From contig NMRA01000272.1 of NCBI GenBank assembly GCA_002633005.1, positions 437,817 to 501,816 on the forward strand: a stretch of 64,000 bases of DNA, written 5' to 3'. A model generated the notes under the pieces. The model was not told where the DNA came from. It did no database searches and saw nothing but the letters and a program-made list of their open reading frames with translations. This DNA comes from Phoronis australis (taxonomy: Eukaryota; Animalia; Phoronida). Numbering within the stretch: position 1 is the stretch's first letter; each line of letters starts with the position of its first letter. The position numbers and the translations under genes are program-made. This document shows positions 28,008 to 43,000 of this stretch, piece by piece.

Positions 28008-31000
28008 ATGGATAGAAGAACGGCATCGCTAGTGATTTGTTTCGTGCTTTTGCTATCTATTCCTGGTAAGAACTCGTCTTTTTATCGATTTAACCATTTA
28101 TGCAGGACCCTTGTTCATACTCAATACCATTTGCCCATTAGAACTACGAACAGGGACAACATGTATGACTGAATAAGAACGCATACACACAATACTTCCA
28201 ATCGTCCATTTGTTTTCAAATGGAGTTTAGCGATTGTCCCTGGTTTCGGGAATTCTGTCGCAAAGTCGACCAGTTTCAGTTTGAGTTTGTCCTCCGACAT
28301 GACAGTAGAACCTACATCAACAATACTTCTGGAAGCCTTATCAGTACTCTGCACTCCAACTTTGGCTCGTCTGTCAATGCCATTCGATCGTTACATACTT
28401 TGATGGGCACTGGTGATGAAACGACTAGACTTGTTGCAGTTGCGAATGTTGAATAATTACATGTCAAAATTAGAAAATTGAAGCGTTTTAGTGAGCTCTG
28501 TTACATCGTTCATGACATGACTTCTTGCTTGATGGCACTTTCAGCATCAGAATCCGGTTACGTCATCAGTGTAAAGACGTCAGATGTTTTCAAGGCAGGC
28601 ACAAACGCTCATGTCTTTATTAAGCTGTTTGGAGCGAAGAACGAATATGGATCGAGTTGGGTTCGCCTGGACAACCCAAACAACGATGATTTCGAAACAG
28701 GAAGGTATGTTATGTTATTTTTAGGTGCAAGTAATAAAAATCACTGTATACACAAATGGGGTGCAGTGATTGAATAACATACAGGGGAGATAATTGAGCA
28801 ACAGGAAAAACCAAGACGTAGTAGTATAGTTCGCAACAAGATTCCCTTCTTGTATAAACATTACGTGTGTTATATAGAAAAATGCACACGCTATGTAAGA
28901 AATGGAATTTTCGTTTTCCGGTCGTATCCATAAAATACATTTAACTACCTTCAGTTGCAAACTAACTTCATCTTTAAAGCTTTGTCACTTTGTTACTTGG
29001 AGAAGCGCGTCGGGGCTGAAAAAGTGAAGGAACAAAGTTCTCCCTGCGCCCTCTTTGGCTGACTTGCATGAACGTCAAGTGCATTGTTCATCAATTTTAA
29101 CATAACGTGTGATTGATAAGGTGACCTAACGGTCTGTGTAACGTCATTTTGACGTTTTGGACCCAGTCGAATAAAAGTTGAAAGCCAGATTGATAATATT
29201 TTAAAATAGAAATGATAGTTATGATAATGATAGTGATGACAATAATAATAATAGTTATAATATTCATAATATTAATAGTAATAGTAATAATAACAATCAT
29301 TTCAGTTATATAACGCTTTTACATTTCTGAGTGCTTTGAAATTTATCACCCTCTGGTGTCGACCTGGTCAATCTTAATCGTACTCACCTCCCCAGAGAAA
29401 TATACCGTCAGAGGTTCTAAAGTCGTGAGTGCCCTAAAGTCGTGAACCATCTTATTTCCACTTCTGCGCGGTCCTGCGACATCTGGCGTTGAAGTTTCCA
29501 GCGTTCGTCTGCTTACGAAGGTCCAACGAATACCCGGACGTGTTCGTATTCACAATATGATAACAAACAGTGAATGAGTGGCTTCTTTTTTCAACTGTAT
29601 CTTAAAAACAGCATATTTCACTAATTCACTTTCTTGTGCATGTTTGGGATATATTTTCGAAAATATTTGTCTTTCAGATTTACTCAGACACGCTCCCCAG
29701 GGGTAGCTTGAACAATGTATCAAAATGTCCCAGGGTCGATCAAGTTTTGTAAGGCCAAAACAATAAAATACAGAGCGATAATTGATGCTGGGTTCTTAGT
29801 GTTTTACGTGAGCAACCTCATTGAAAACGTCTGAGTGTGCACATCAAAGTTGGGTGCAAAACTTATAACAATTTATTTCAATTGAAACTGAATTAATAAA
29901 CTATGCAATGCATTTTTATGTCATCTAGCACTGTAGTTGACTTGTGTCAAAGATTTTACAGTATAGTATCTTTGCTTGTGTGGTCATACTTCGTGCATTT
30001 CCGTCTAAACAAAACGTTCACGACTTTAGGGCCTCATTCAAAATGGCCGGCGATATCGGCGACAGTTTTAAAACTCTGCTTACGGATACAAACAAGGATT
30101 AGATTGTCAAAACACGTATATTTGTGAAGGCTGATTTATGTCCATGACATCACATGAGCAGTTGCTAACGGACATTGGGTAGTATGACAACCAACTGCTT
30201 ATTATGCTTATATTCACGACTTTAGGTCACCGGTGTATACAACGGGTCGTTGCAATCGTTTCCGGAGCACATCGATTGGTCCAAACAATGTTGTAGAAGT
30301 ATCAAGTACTCTCGAAATGCTCCCGCTCTGATATGAATGTTGAGAATATCCAAGATTTGCGAAATTATTGACAATGTGATGTGCCCGTGACTGTGTATTT
30401 CTATTCGTTTTTGATGTCTAAGTCGTCACTTAACATCCGTTTAATTTTATGAAACCAGGCGTGAGTTCAGTAGACGCTAGGACCTACGCTAGGACCTAAC
30501 TAAAACCTAATCAAGGTCACGTGCTCTCATTTGAAATGCACGGCAATATCTCACGTAATCTCGCGAAGTCTTGCTTTTTAGCGAGGTCCTAGCGTTACTG
30601 AACGGGAGGCAGGCCCTAGTCTGATATACAGCAGATATTCATGACAGTGACATTGTGTTAATAATTGGAGTGATGCTTCCAGGACAATGAACAACAAATA
30701 CTCGCGAATTTCACGACCTCCACTTGACTTTATGGTGTCAAGTGATTTTCTATCTCTCTTGCAGTTTAAACATCTTTACAGTACCAGATTCAGTCTTGCC
30801 TGATGTAGGAGAAGTCTACAAAATGGAAATAATGCACGACAAGAGCGGATGGCTCGCAGATTGGCATCTGGATTATGTAATTTTTATTCAATGCACAACC
30901 ATTTTTAGCGTGACCTTACGTATTCGTATGTCTGATAATGTAATCTAGCACCATTGTTTTGGCAAGAGTCACGTGCCCTACCATGGGAGAACGTGTAACG

Positions 31001-34000
31001 TTTCTTAATAACAAGTTTCTAGTGATCTTTTTCTCTGAATATTGTTGAAATATACACCAAAACAATTTAAGGTAAAAAGTCGTCCGTTTCAAGACTCACA
31101 GAACGCAAACTTCAAGTAGGAATAAATCAAATCCAGCGTGTGGAATCTTCCCAGTAAAGCGTCAAAAAAAAAAAAAAAAAAAAAAAAAAAACCAAGGTGT
31201 CCACTCCAAAATGTAAAGAGAAACAATGGTTTTCCAAAATGACCCTGCATGGGGCTTCAAAATTAGAATAACTGTGATTTTCCAACATTTTGTTTAAATA
31301 CCTTTTGGTATTTTTGGTACACAATTGTCTTGGATCACACTAGGAAGGGCTTTGAAATGTACCAAGAAAAGTATATTAAACGAACTGCTTCTAATTGCAC
31401 GAGAACAAAACAAGTTGCAAAATTTTAAGATGTGAGATTTCAAAAAAAAATTGCCGGCGGCCAAAGTTTAAGTCTGGCACCGAGTATACAAGTCGCACGT
31501 TTTGTGACACTTTCATCGGGTAACTTGGGTTTGGACTTGTGTAAAGTTCGAGTTTTTGCAAAGTATTATTTTAAAGTGACATAGAACGTGAAAAACAGAT
31601 TAAATTGCATCATCCAAAGTAGTTCTCGGCCACTGAAACAAAAGCCAAACTTTTCACCAGATATTTTTACAACTTGCTCGTAAAGATTTTGAGTGTCTAT
31701 TCATTTCAAAGTATTTTCCCATGTTTTCAAATTTAAAAAAAAACGATCTGTCGGCTGCTTGTCACTGCGTCGATTTTTCACCCACACGGCAAAGCGCCTC
31801 TCATTATTTGGTATGGAAAGACATAAACGTAGTGCTGTGCGTGAACTTGGAATCCTGCTTAACCTCGAGATCGCGTATGCGTGGACTTAGAATTGAATAT
31901 TCATTTGGGCAATCAGGAAAATTTTTGTTCAGTGTAAAGATGTTTTGTAAGTTTTGGCCTCATGATCACCCAGTTTCCTCTTTACCGTAACTTGTGTCAA
32001 AGAATCGGAGGAATAATATTATGAGAATGGTTATATCAATTATTGTTTGGTAAATAAGATCGCCAATAACTGAAAAAAAGATTGATTAAATTTGTTCCAT
32101 TTTATTAACATGTAATTTGATTTAGTGCGGTGCAAAAATATATCAACGTGAACGTGATTGAGTGAACTTGTCTAGTTTCCAAGTTTAAAAGTTCACACAT
32201 ACGCGATCTTGAGATTAAGCAAGATTCCAAGTTCACGCTCAGCTTTCCATAGTGGACAATGTGACCCTTGACCTTTGATGTAAACAAAACGGTGTGGATT
32301 TTAAGCATACTCCAGCCCCACTTCTTTGAACGCATGCGCACACACATATTATTAGGGTGAGGAGAATTGTAATGGAACGAAAGAATTTTGATTTCGTCTA
32401 GAAATTCTTGCGACATTTAATTGAAAATGAATAACACTCACGTTAGCATTCTCATGACGTGCAGTGTAGATTAGCCAGGATCTCTATAGATGTTTTTTAC
32501 AAGTTTTCGCATTGTCGTTATTTTGACACACACGAAACTCCTCGAAGCTTACAAATTCCATTTTTCTTCCATTAGCTACAAAAAAGCATTTCTAGAATTT
32601 TGTGTCAAAGCCCTCCAGCCTAAGAATTTGGCTGTCGAACTCAAGACTTCCTATTTTTTCAAGGAATGTTGAATTTTTGACAGCCGAATTCTCGTAAAGG
32701 CCTTAACAAGAAATCTGAGCGCCTTTGTAGGTAATGGCATAAAGGAACTAAACTTGCAAGCCTTTTGTCTGTAGAAGTTGATGCCATTTCATGAAAATCG
32801 AAACCTTTAGACGCCTGTGGCCAGTTACATGAAACAGTCCCAAATAGGGACTCCACTAAGTTCCCTAAATCTTTCTCGTATTTTTTCGTTTTTTAGGCAC
32901 ATATGTAATATTTTTTTTCTATAATTTTATCTTTATCATGAGCTCTTCTTTGACCAATAGCATTTTATCATAATATAACTTAGAACCGAGCAATTAATTC
33001 AATTCAATAAATGTAAGTAGTGACTTAGCCCTTAAATTGGGGGCGTTGCATGAAAAGATCCATGTTTATTTTCAATAACATTGAGAATTCAATGTAGAGT
33101 TCATTCTCGATTTGTATCAAAGCCAAACATTGACATAGCAACGATACTCAAACAGCATATGACCGGACAATTAGTGTTTTCACAAGCCTGCAAATACGCT
33201 GTAGATTTAGAAAACTTAGCTGAGTTCCTATTTGGGACTGTTTCATGCAACCAGGCACTAGGCATTTTTTCGTGCAAATAATGAGTTTTTGTGATCATCA
33301 AGGATTTCATAAATATATAATTTGATGTTTTTACAATTGCTGAATTGATGAATGTCAATTACTTTATTGATCTCTTACCGGCAGGTTTTTATCCAAGATT
33401 TCAATCGATCGCCATGGTCACACTATCATTTCCCTTGTCGTTGCTGGCTGGATGACAATCACGCTTACAAAGTTCTAACGCGCAAGGGTATGTTTCTATG
33501 AAAAGCTGTTTAAACCTTTCAGAAATTCAGTGGTCTTGGACAAGTCTACCGTTAGTCAGGCTCAGCCTGAAAAGAAGTACACAATCCTTTTAAAGGTATC
33601 ATTTCCCTAGTTTTTACCTTGGTCGCGTTCCGTAGACGTAAAACTCGCGAGTACAGTTAGTGTGATCACGTACGTCGCTTCCGATATATTGCGAAGACTT
33701 GTGTGATCTCGCATTACTCTCAACTTTCTCTACGGCACTCAGCTCTGCCTAGAACACACAATAAGCCTCTTTAATCGAAAAATATCACTACCGAATCATA
33801 CAGTAAGTTACATTTCTGTTTATCTACGAGTTTTTTAGTATCACTTGTTTCTTAGTTCACGAAAAGTAAAGCTTAATGTCTTTCAACTGTGGCAGCCATT
33901 TTAGTGGTGAATCATCAGATACTGAGTATCTGAACTGTTATGTCGAAAAGAAACGATTTCTTGTGAAAGACGCACATTTGGTTTGTGTTTAAAGTTTTTA

Positions 34001-37000
34001 AGTAAAACCAATAATAAAACACTTTTTGAAAACTTAAACAATAAACGCGATTTTTCATGATGTTACAATTTGAACTACTTGCAGTAAATGGAGGCTGGAG
34101 CAGTTTTGGCGAGTACGGGTCTTGCTCAAGAACCTGTGGAAACGGCGTGCAAACAAGTTATAGACGCTGCAACAACCCCAAGCCGTACAATGGTGGCCTT
34201 CCCTGTTCAGGCTCTAACCTGAAAACAAAATCGTGCTTCCGAGATTACTGCCCAGGTGCATGTGCAACTGTTTTTGTTATTGTTGGTTAAAAATGATGAG
34301 AAATCTCGTAAGTTACTTGTAATTGCCGAACGCTGCCATTGAATTTGTATTTTTCATCAAAGGTTTTTATCAATGTTGGCAAGCTGAAAAAGGCATTTTG
34401 ATTCATCCCTATATCTAAGATACATTATCAAAGGTTGCAAAATTGACCAAAGTTAGTGCACTTTAACTTTATCAGCTGACACTTGTGCGGCAAATTTATT
34501 AATGAAGCTAAACAAGGAGAAATTAGTCAAACCTTATCTAGTAGAAAAAGTATATTACCTTATATGCCATTTAATCACTAATTTATTAGTACAATATGAA
34601 TTTCGATGATATGGTTGATCCAAACCTAAAGAATGAAAAATACTGCTATTTTAAGTCACACAAAACTGTCAACATCTTTTTCATTCTAGTGAATGGTGCC
34701 TGGTCTCATTGGTCCGGTTGGCAGTCATGTACTCGAATCTGCGGCGGAGGTAAAAAGGTCCGTGCTAGGACGTGCACTAACCCGCGACCTGCCTATGGAG
34801 GTCGCTTGTGTTCTGGTGCGACTCACGAAACACAATCGTGCAACACGCAGGACTGCCCTGGTAGGTTTTGACGAATTAGCAACTCAAACCTAACACAAGC
34901 AAAAAAGTTCGGCAGAAATTTCCAGTCATTCATATATATTTCCATACCGGCTGTCAAATATACGCACCACATTTAGGCAGGGAAACCCCATTAATACTGG
35001 TTTTGTTCTCTCATCTCGATTGAATAATTTTAGTTGTTGTTTTGCGTACTGATCCACTTTAAAACCAGATGACGCTGAAATGCGCGTGGGTATTCAATTT
35101 AAGCACACAGGATGGCGTTGTAGCTCACAAGCCAGGTAGAAATGTCAAAATTCACGTTAGCCAGGATTTTCACTGTATGAACATCGTGCTCGGTTTCAGA
35201 AGTTATTTCCGAAAAATGGCCTCTTTTCAGATTGGTGTCAGTGTAAAGATGCAATGAGTTTCTGGTTTATCTGGAACAGGACTATTTTCGATCAATCCAG
35301 CTGCTTTAATAATATTCAGTAATTTATAGGTACGTCTAATTGGGAAAACACAAAATATTGGAGCGGCTATCTTACTATATTTTATTAACTAACAAAATCT
35401 GAAAAGCGAGAAGCAAGACTTCGTTTAGTTCGTGCCTTTGTCAGGTTTGTTTCTTCATTGCCAGTTCATGGTGGTTGGTCAGACTGGCAGACGTGGAGTA
35501 TTTGCTCTAAGACTTGTGGTGGAGGCGTTCAGAGCAGTCGTAGGACGTGTAACAATCCCACCCCAGAATATGGAGGGATGCCATGTACCGGTGACGACAT
35601 CAAACGTCAGACGTGCAATAACTTTGAATGCCCAGGTACATATTACGTTAACATAAAGTCCTTCTAATACTGTCTCCGGTCTCAGCGGAGCGTCGACGTA
35701 AACTGCGAAGTTAACTAACCTATTGATAACTAAATTTAGTCTTTTGTTAATTAAGAACTGGTTTAAACGAATGTTAAGATTATATAAGACCTTACTGACA
35801 AGTATGTACAATCAGCCAAATATCTACAAAACTGCAGATTGAATTTGACTAGACAAAAGTATATATATTTCTGAAAGTATAAATTCTGTAGAATTTTACT
35901 TTTAGTCACTTCATATCATTCTGCCACTAACTGCGTCACGTGACCTTGTTTTTTAAGAAAATTTAGCCAAGAAAGAAAGGTACATTCATGGCAAAAGAAT
36001 AGGATCAATAACATGACAAAATTTCGTATGATATAAATGTTCTATAAAAAATTCCTAAAACAATGAAACAATTGTCTAAGTTATCGTTTCGTTTCCGTTT
36101 TCGTTTTATGCAGTCTTCATATAAACTATTTAATTTCTATTTTATAGCCTCTCACGCAAATGTGGAGTATTTGAAAAGCAATTATTGACAGTGTTTTGTA
36201 GGACAAAGCATAGTATCTGAGAGGTTCATGTATATCGGATCAATCATTTGGCTAAAATTGGACATTTTTTAGTCTAGGGTCCTACGTAACCTTAAACGCT
36301 GTCATTTCCCTTTTGTGATAGTATTTTTAAAGTTGATTCAGTTTGTGATGTCACATCTGGATGCCAAAATCATCGTTCTTTCTGTTTAATTTGTTTCCTC
36401 AAAAATGTTTGCAAATGGTTCCCGTAAAAACTTCTTGGCTCATTTTTCCTGCAGACTAAACAACAGGTTAATGTTAAAAAATATATGTAAGCTCACTTAT
36501 TAGGGGACGAGTTCGAACGTTTCAGCCGACTACAATCGGCTTTCGTCAGTTACTGACGCGCCCGTGTAAGTAATAGTTGGCTTTACACGGAAAGTAAGTT
36601 GACTTTATGTCTTCCTGATTGGATCTATGGTTACTTTTCTTTGAAACCCTTCTTAAGTTTAGAATGTATGTCAAGTTGATGCTTTTATTATCGAGCATCT
36701 GAGGTGCAAATGTAATTCCTTAGAGTTAGTCGCTATACTTGAATTGTGATTGGTTTTTGGACACAAATTAACAAGATAGTGCCTAATTACTCCCAACACA
36801 TTTATAGTTAATGGTGGATGGTCCAATTGGACCATTTGGTCCAACTGCAGCGAATCGTGTGGTGGCGGAGACCAAATACGCTCAAGAAGTTGTACCAATC
36901 CACCACGTGCTCATGGCGGATTGGACTGTGTTGGTGATCTGACGGAAGCCAGAGACTGTAATACTGAGCCTTGCATAAGTGAGTTCCCAATTCTTTGGCG

Positions 37001-40000
37001 GAGCACAAACTGCCGTTTTGTTAGGTAGAAAATCCAAGGCAAATCACAGCTAGTAAATTACTAATCGACCGCCAGTAGGCTCTGTGATGTTTTACGTACT
37101 GGAAATAACATCGTAACCAAGTCACACAACTGTGTATTTTGTACAACTTTCTGCACTTGTCATGAGGAAAATTTACCGCTCAAACATTGCTGAGGACTAC
37201 TTACATCATTCGTCATAATGTTCTTTACTTCATTTCTATGTCATCATCATATATGGTGTCCATAATAAGGAGGAGGTTTACAGATATTTGTAGTATCTGG
37301 TTTTTAATTATTTGTCGTTGACTTCAGGACTATTTTTCTTCAAATTACCCCCTTGGGAACAAAGTGACATATTACCAGAAAACCAGATTCAACCACATGG
37401 AACACGTGCTTGTATGGAATAGTCATACGCTTTCACCTTAGTGTAGTTTATTTGAAAAGTAATCACTCTACGCATCGAATTGTAGTTAATGGTGGTTGGA
37501 GCGTTTGGAGCAACTGGACAAATTGCTCTTCGTCCTGCGGCGGAGGAATACAGACTAGTAACAGGACATGCACTATTTCGAGTTGTGAAGGAAATGCTAC
37601 GCGTGATCAACCATGCCACAGTGGGCCCTGTCCAGGTAACTTTAATACAAGTCTGTGATTTGGAACTCGCGTATTCCGCTGTGTCAAGCAGCTAATCCAT
37701 CTTCCGATTGGTCTGTGAGCGGAAAGTCGTCATCGAGAACGAATCGGATGTTTTAGCCGGTTGACCCTTCGAAGTCAACCAAGTGCACCCGATGTGTTTC
37801 CACAGCACAACAGTTTGTTAGTTCTGAAAGTTAAAACGGCTATATCTTTTGGCATTCAGCACTATATATTGAAAGGTGGTTGTGAATTGAATACTGCGTA
37901 CTTATCTAATAGTGAATTTAAAGGCTAATGCCACCCGATTTAATTAGTCTTTTTTGCCGTCTTAATCGGTTTATTTCCACATCGCCTCGCGTACGGTCGA
38001 CCTTACCTTGCCAAGAGGTGTCGCGTTAACCTGTGAGGAAGGTGAGAAACGACGCTAGCGACGTCAGTGGTTCATATGCATAGTGAATGCCGCTATGTTG
38101 CGGTGTATCGTTCCCGCTTGTCCGAAATAAGCAGCTGCGAGGAAAGCGAGTATATCGTTTTTTTACTTCCTCGATGGAGTCCGAAATGCTTAGGAAGTGG
38201 CTCATGGTAGTGAAGAATGAAATGTACGCTGTAAATAGGAAGTATGACATCTCCGTGTCTGTGGCCTGCAGACAACGTCGACAGTGCCTCACGAATGCCG
38301 GCTTACCAAATAACTCCATACGTTCCGGTGTCTGAGCTTGTTCACGGTGCCTCTTTAGTATTTCTTCATCACTGTGTATTCCTGTTCGAATTGATAGCCT
38401 GTAGGACTTAACGATCCACCTGAGAAGTTGGGATTGATGAGCCGCTCTAGCTCGTCCTAAGTCGGGATTGCGAGTTGCCATGTTGGCGTTTATTACTGAC
38501 CGTTCTGTTTCAAAATGAATTATTCTCACTCTAACCAATACTTATATAAAAGTGAAACAAAGTCTGTCTCATTAGATGCAATTTGAAATGCCTTTGGAGT
38601 GTTCGTGAGTGCACGAAATGATTTGAGAAGCCAGCAATGAATAGTCACTGCGTTACCGGCTTTAGGTGCAATAAAACTAATTGACGGGACACCGAGGCCG
38701 TGTGAGCTCCAATTTAGTGTTTGCTGGCAGAAACTGTTGTGAGACATTTCGATTTCCACCCACGACCAGGTGTTAGGGGAATCTTTATTTACATTTACAT
38801 TACTCAAATAATGATTGTCACTGTACAACTTCTGCCCTGACGGTGCTATGGCCAAAGCGGAACTGAATTGGCGGCCCCCGACGAGTAAGTAGATTTGCAG
38901 TTTCGTGGCTAATTCACCAACATAATCACGTGCACATTACTTTGGCTCACTAGTATAGTTTTTTCTTGACTGGAAGTTTAGTTTCCACTGAACTTTGGCT
39001 GGTTTGTTTGTGTTTCTGATCAGTTTCCGAGCCACTGGCCAGGATAACGAGTCAATCTGGCCGGCCGCCGACGGGCCTGATCGGCCGGGGCTCCGAGCCA
39101 CTGGCCAGGATAACGAGCGTTTTGTGTTTAGAACTCAGAAAATCACAAGTCTAAACAACACAGATCTAGGTTCTCCTGTCTGTATCTCACGGAAAATACT
39201 TCGATATTATCTCCAAACACACCCCAAGCTACGGACCTTATTGGCTTGCCGAACTTTGTAGGCTACGGTGTGTCCAAATACCAATAAATCCGTAAGAGCG
39301 AAATAAAAGAACACGTTTTTGTAAGAACTCGGTGTATTTTTAAGGGTTTTACATCGAAGTTTGATGATTTATTGGTGCTAAACAATGACTCCAAGCGATA
39401 AGCTGACACCAGTAACCCGTGTTGTGAACTGCTGAACAGAACGCGTGTGAAACCGATGACGTAATTGGATAATTTCAACACCTCCGTCTGTCGTCAGGTG
39501 TCAGGTAACGCAACCGCACGTGTCGTTATGGAGTAGAACTACTCGATCTAAATTGATACAAATTAGGTTGTTTTTTGGGTGGCATGCTCCTTTAACGGTT
39601 AGATTATTGAGCATTCTCAAAGACATTCGTTTTTGTCAAAGACAAAGAATATTGACACTCTTCATTAAATCATCTAGCACTCAGTCCCAATTCTGAAATT
39701 TCCGAACCATTTAAAATCTTATTTCCGAACGAAAAGCCTTACCTGTCGAACATTAAAATTTCGTATCGAAACCAGCTAGTAAAGTTGGTTAGGCTATTTT
39801 AAAAAATCCCGTGTTTTTATGATTCTACGCCTCAAAAGGAAATGAAAATTATAAAAGATTTGTTTTGGGCTTTCTCTTGACTCATTAAAGTCTTACGAAT
39901 GACCCATATTTCAAGTGTTTGAATCAAGAACATTGCATTACAAAACGATCTTGCAGTTGATGGAAACTGGACATCGTGGAGTAAGTGGACGGAATGCTCG

Positions 40001-43000
40001 GCCTCGTGCGATGGAGGCACTCAAACTAGTACGCGATCTTGTACTAATCCCCCGCAATCTAACGGGGGGAAGGATTGTATAGGGATGCCTATGAGAACAA
40101 AAGACTGCAATATGGAGGACTGCCCAGGTATGTAATCGTTTACTGTGCTAACTGTTACGATGGCACCGGTGGTGACTTGCATTAGTCGTTGACTCGGTGT
40201 TCCCGTTGTCATCCCAGTCGTCATTAGTGGATGCGTAAGAGGAGCGGACGGGGCCTAGGGGATGCTATGCGCGAATGTTTTTTTCCATTGGGGATTAGGG
40301 GCATTGTCAAAACTGAGGAGATCGGGGGAATTGTGAAATTTGTAAAATCCGGATCGGGGAGGGGTGATAACTGACGGAAGCTTAGTGTTGATATTTGTTT
40401 ATGCCTTCTTCTCTTGTGTCTACTCTATACCCAACTTTCAACCTACGTCAGGATTAAATGGAAAATCAGCTTGTTGACGTATAAATTACGAGGAAGATGT
40501 ATCTGTCCTTCTAATTGGTTATTTACAATGCTTTATTTGGTGTGCTCATAAAATGGCATGATTAGATATCAAAACACTCATTTACATTACCTTAACTTTG
40601 ATACACAGAATCATGTCAATCCAAACAGACGTTATCTGCCAAAGCTTTATAATGTAAGCCCAAGTGGGTGTGTAATAAAATGGGCTATTGTGACATTGAA
40701 GGCATTTTCTTTCTTATTTTTTACAACCTTTCAGTGAACGGAAGCTGGTCAGAGTGGAGTAACTACACTACTTGTCCGGTCTCCTGCGGTGGTTCGGTTC
40801 AGATCAGTACTCGCTCATGTACGAACCCGCCACCTTCGTCTACTGGAGAAGACTGTAAGGGGGATTCGAACAGAACAAAACCGTGTAATACGCAGGAATG
40901 TCCAGGTATCAAAGATCACGTAGTACCGGGAATTTCTAATAGTACGCTCTCATGGAGTATGTTCAGAAAACGTCAAATTTTTTATTTACCGTTTTGATAC
41001 CAAAAGTAAAGCCAGGCATGCTTTCGAGGATATCAAACGAACAACTAATTACACATGGACAAATAATAACTGACATTCGAAGTAGCAGCGCCATATTGAA
41101 ATTCACTAATTCACCAGACAGCCATCAGGGACCTGTTCCAAGAAAACTGACTTAGCTAAGACAAATCTTAAATTTCTGTCAATTTTAGGATGAAACTTAA
41201 ATTTGTCTCAAGTCCGTTTCAAAAAAGAGATCTTAAGCTTGACTTAAGTTTCTGACTTAAGTTTTGTCTTAATTGTGACTATCTTACCTGATGTGGAAGT
41301 TTCAGTTTGAAAGATGAGACAAATCTTAGACTTAAGAAAAAAATTAACTTAAAGTCATATGATCCGTTTGTAGACGTTTTAAAAACATCGTGAATCTGCA
41401 TAAAAACCATTGAAACATACTCTCTGACACTTAATTAGAACTTTTCGTAAGTATGGGGTCGATCTGCTGCCTGTACATATTTTTTCTTTTATTTTTTATT
41501 TTCTTAAAATCTGCGTGATCAAAACAAACGAATGTTGCCCATAATGCTGTGCGGTTTGACCTTTCGGCAACTAATCAGCTGTTTCCGGTACTGCTCCGAA
41601 GAAGAGAAGTTCGCCTTAACCAGGTAATTTATTCGTTTCTTGAACATTTTGATGACGATATTGCTCCCTGTATGAGCTGAACAGTCNACTAATTGAATTT
41701 TTGTCCACCAAATCTAGGTCGGGATCAGTGGGAAGCCACTTTCGTAGTAGAATTAGTCTGTAACATTTGATCTCTCACTTTATGTCAATATGCTATTGAT
41801 TGGGTCACGTGACCATGTCTTTTTAGTAAAATTTAGCAAAAACGAAAGGTACATCCATAAGCAAAACAACGGTATGAACCAGATGGTCAAATTTCGTTTA
41901 ATATAAACGTTAAAGATGGAGTCTCAAAAAGCTGTTACAGTCATTTCGCTTTCGCTTATGCAACATTTGATGTTTGTTTCTCAAAACATAATAAAATTTC
42001 TATTTTTGACACTCTCTTATGCAAAAGTGGAACATTTTATAAGCAGTTCCTAATAGCATCTGATAGAACAGTAGATAAAGCATGATATCTGAAAGTTTCG
42101 AAGGATTCCGCCATTGCTGAGGCATGATGTTCCGAAGTTTGCCGAATTCATACATTTGCGAGGGTCCTACATAAAGAACCTTTAAAAATCCTATTATTAC
42201 TAGTCCCATTTGCCCTGTTCAATATTCTTGTGAAGTCTGTCTTAAAATAGCCTTTACCGTGATATGTTTATATTTCCGTTACCATCAAGAGTATCAGTTG
42301 TGGCCAACCCTAAAACTGCGAATTCAAAAATGACGCGTGCAACTTGAGTTGGTAACGGGAATGGAATCCTGTCACGGTCAGGAATATTACCGAACCAATT
42401 TTGATGAATGTAAGAGACCTAAGTGACCTAAACTGTTTTTGGGCGAAAGCGCAGGTTTGTTACGATCTCAGACCTGATACGTTTCAGTGAAACGTGCTAA
42501 ATCTTGATGACAAAGTGAGCAAGACAGCTTTGGTGAAATAGGCGTCATGTGTAGGCCTACTTTAATTTATGAATGACGTCCAGAGAAATTTGCATGTTGT
42601 TAAATGTTTTTGTCCGAAGTGATATGATGACTTATCGTTTCGGTCTATTCGCTACTACTTCCTGCATCGCAGAAAAATGGATGTTGGGTTGGTTCCTTTG
42701 CAATTTTATGCACGATTTCACTCCTCTCACAGTAAACGGCGGCTGGTCAAACTGGACAGATTGGACGCCGTGCACAAAGCTATGTGATGGGGGCTTGAGG
42801 ACAAGAAACAGATCATGTTCCAACCCAACAGCGGCATTTGGTGGTCTTCCGTGTATTGGTGACGACAAGAAAACAGAAAGCTGCAACACACAGACTTGTA
42901 AAGGTAATTTAAGGTTATGAATCACCTTATCGGGAAGTTTGTGCACTTAGTCAAATATTTACAAAACTACAGAACTCAGTGTGACAGTGTGAATTTAGCA

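Noticed and set aside
38026-38538. Longest ORF in the track (170 aa, minus strand)
   Set aside because: It is the antisense frame of the decayed THAP region within the Kolobok-like element.
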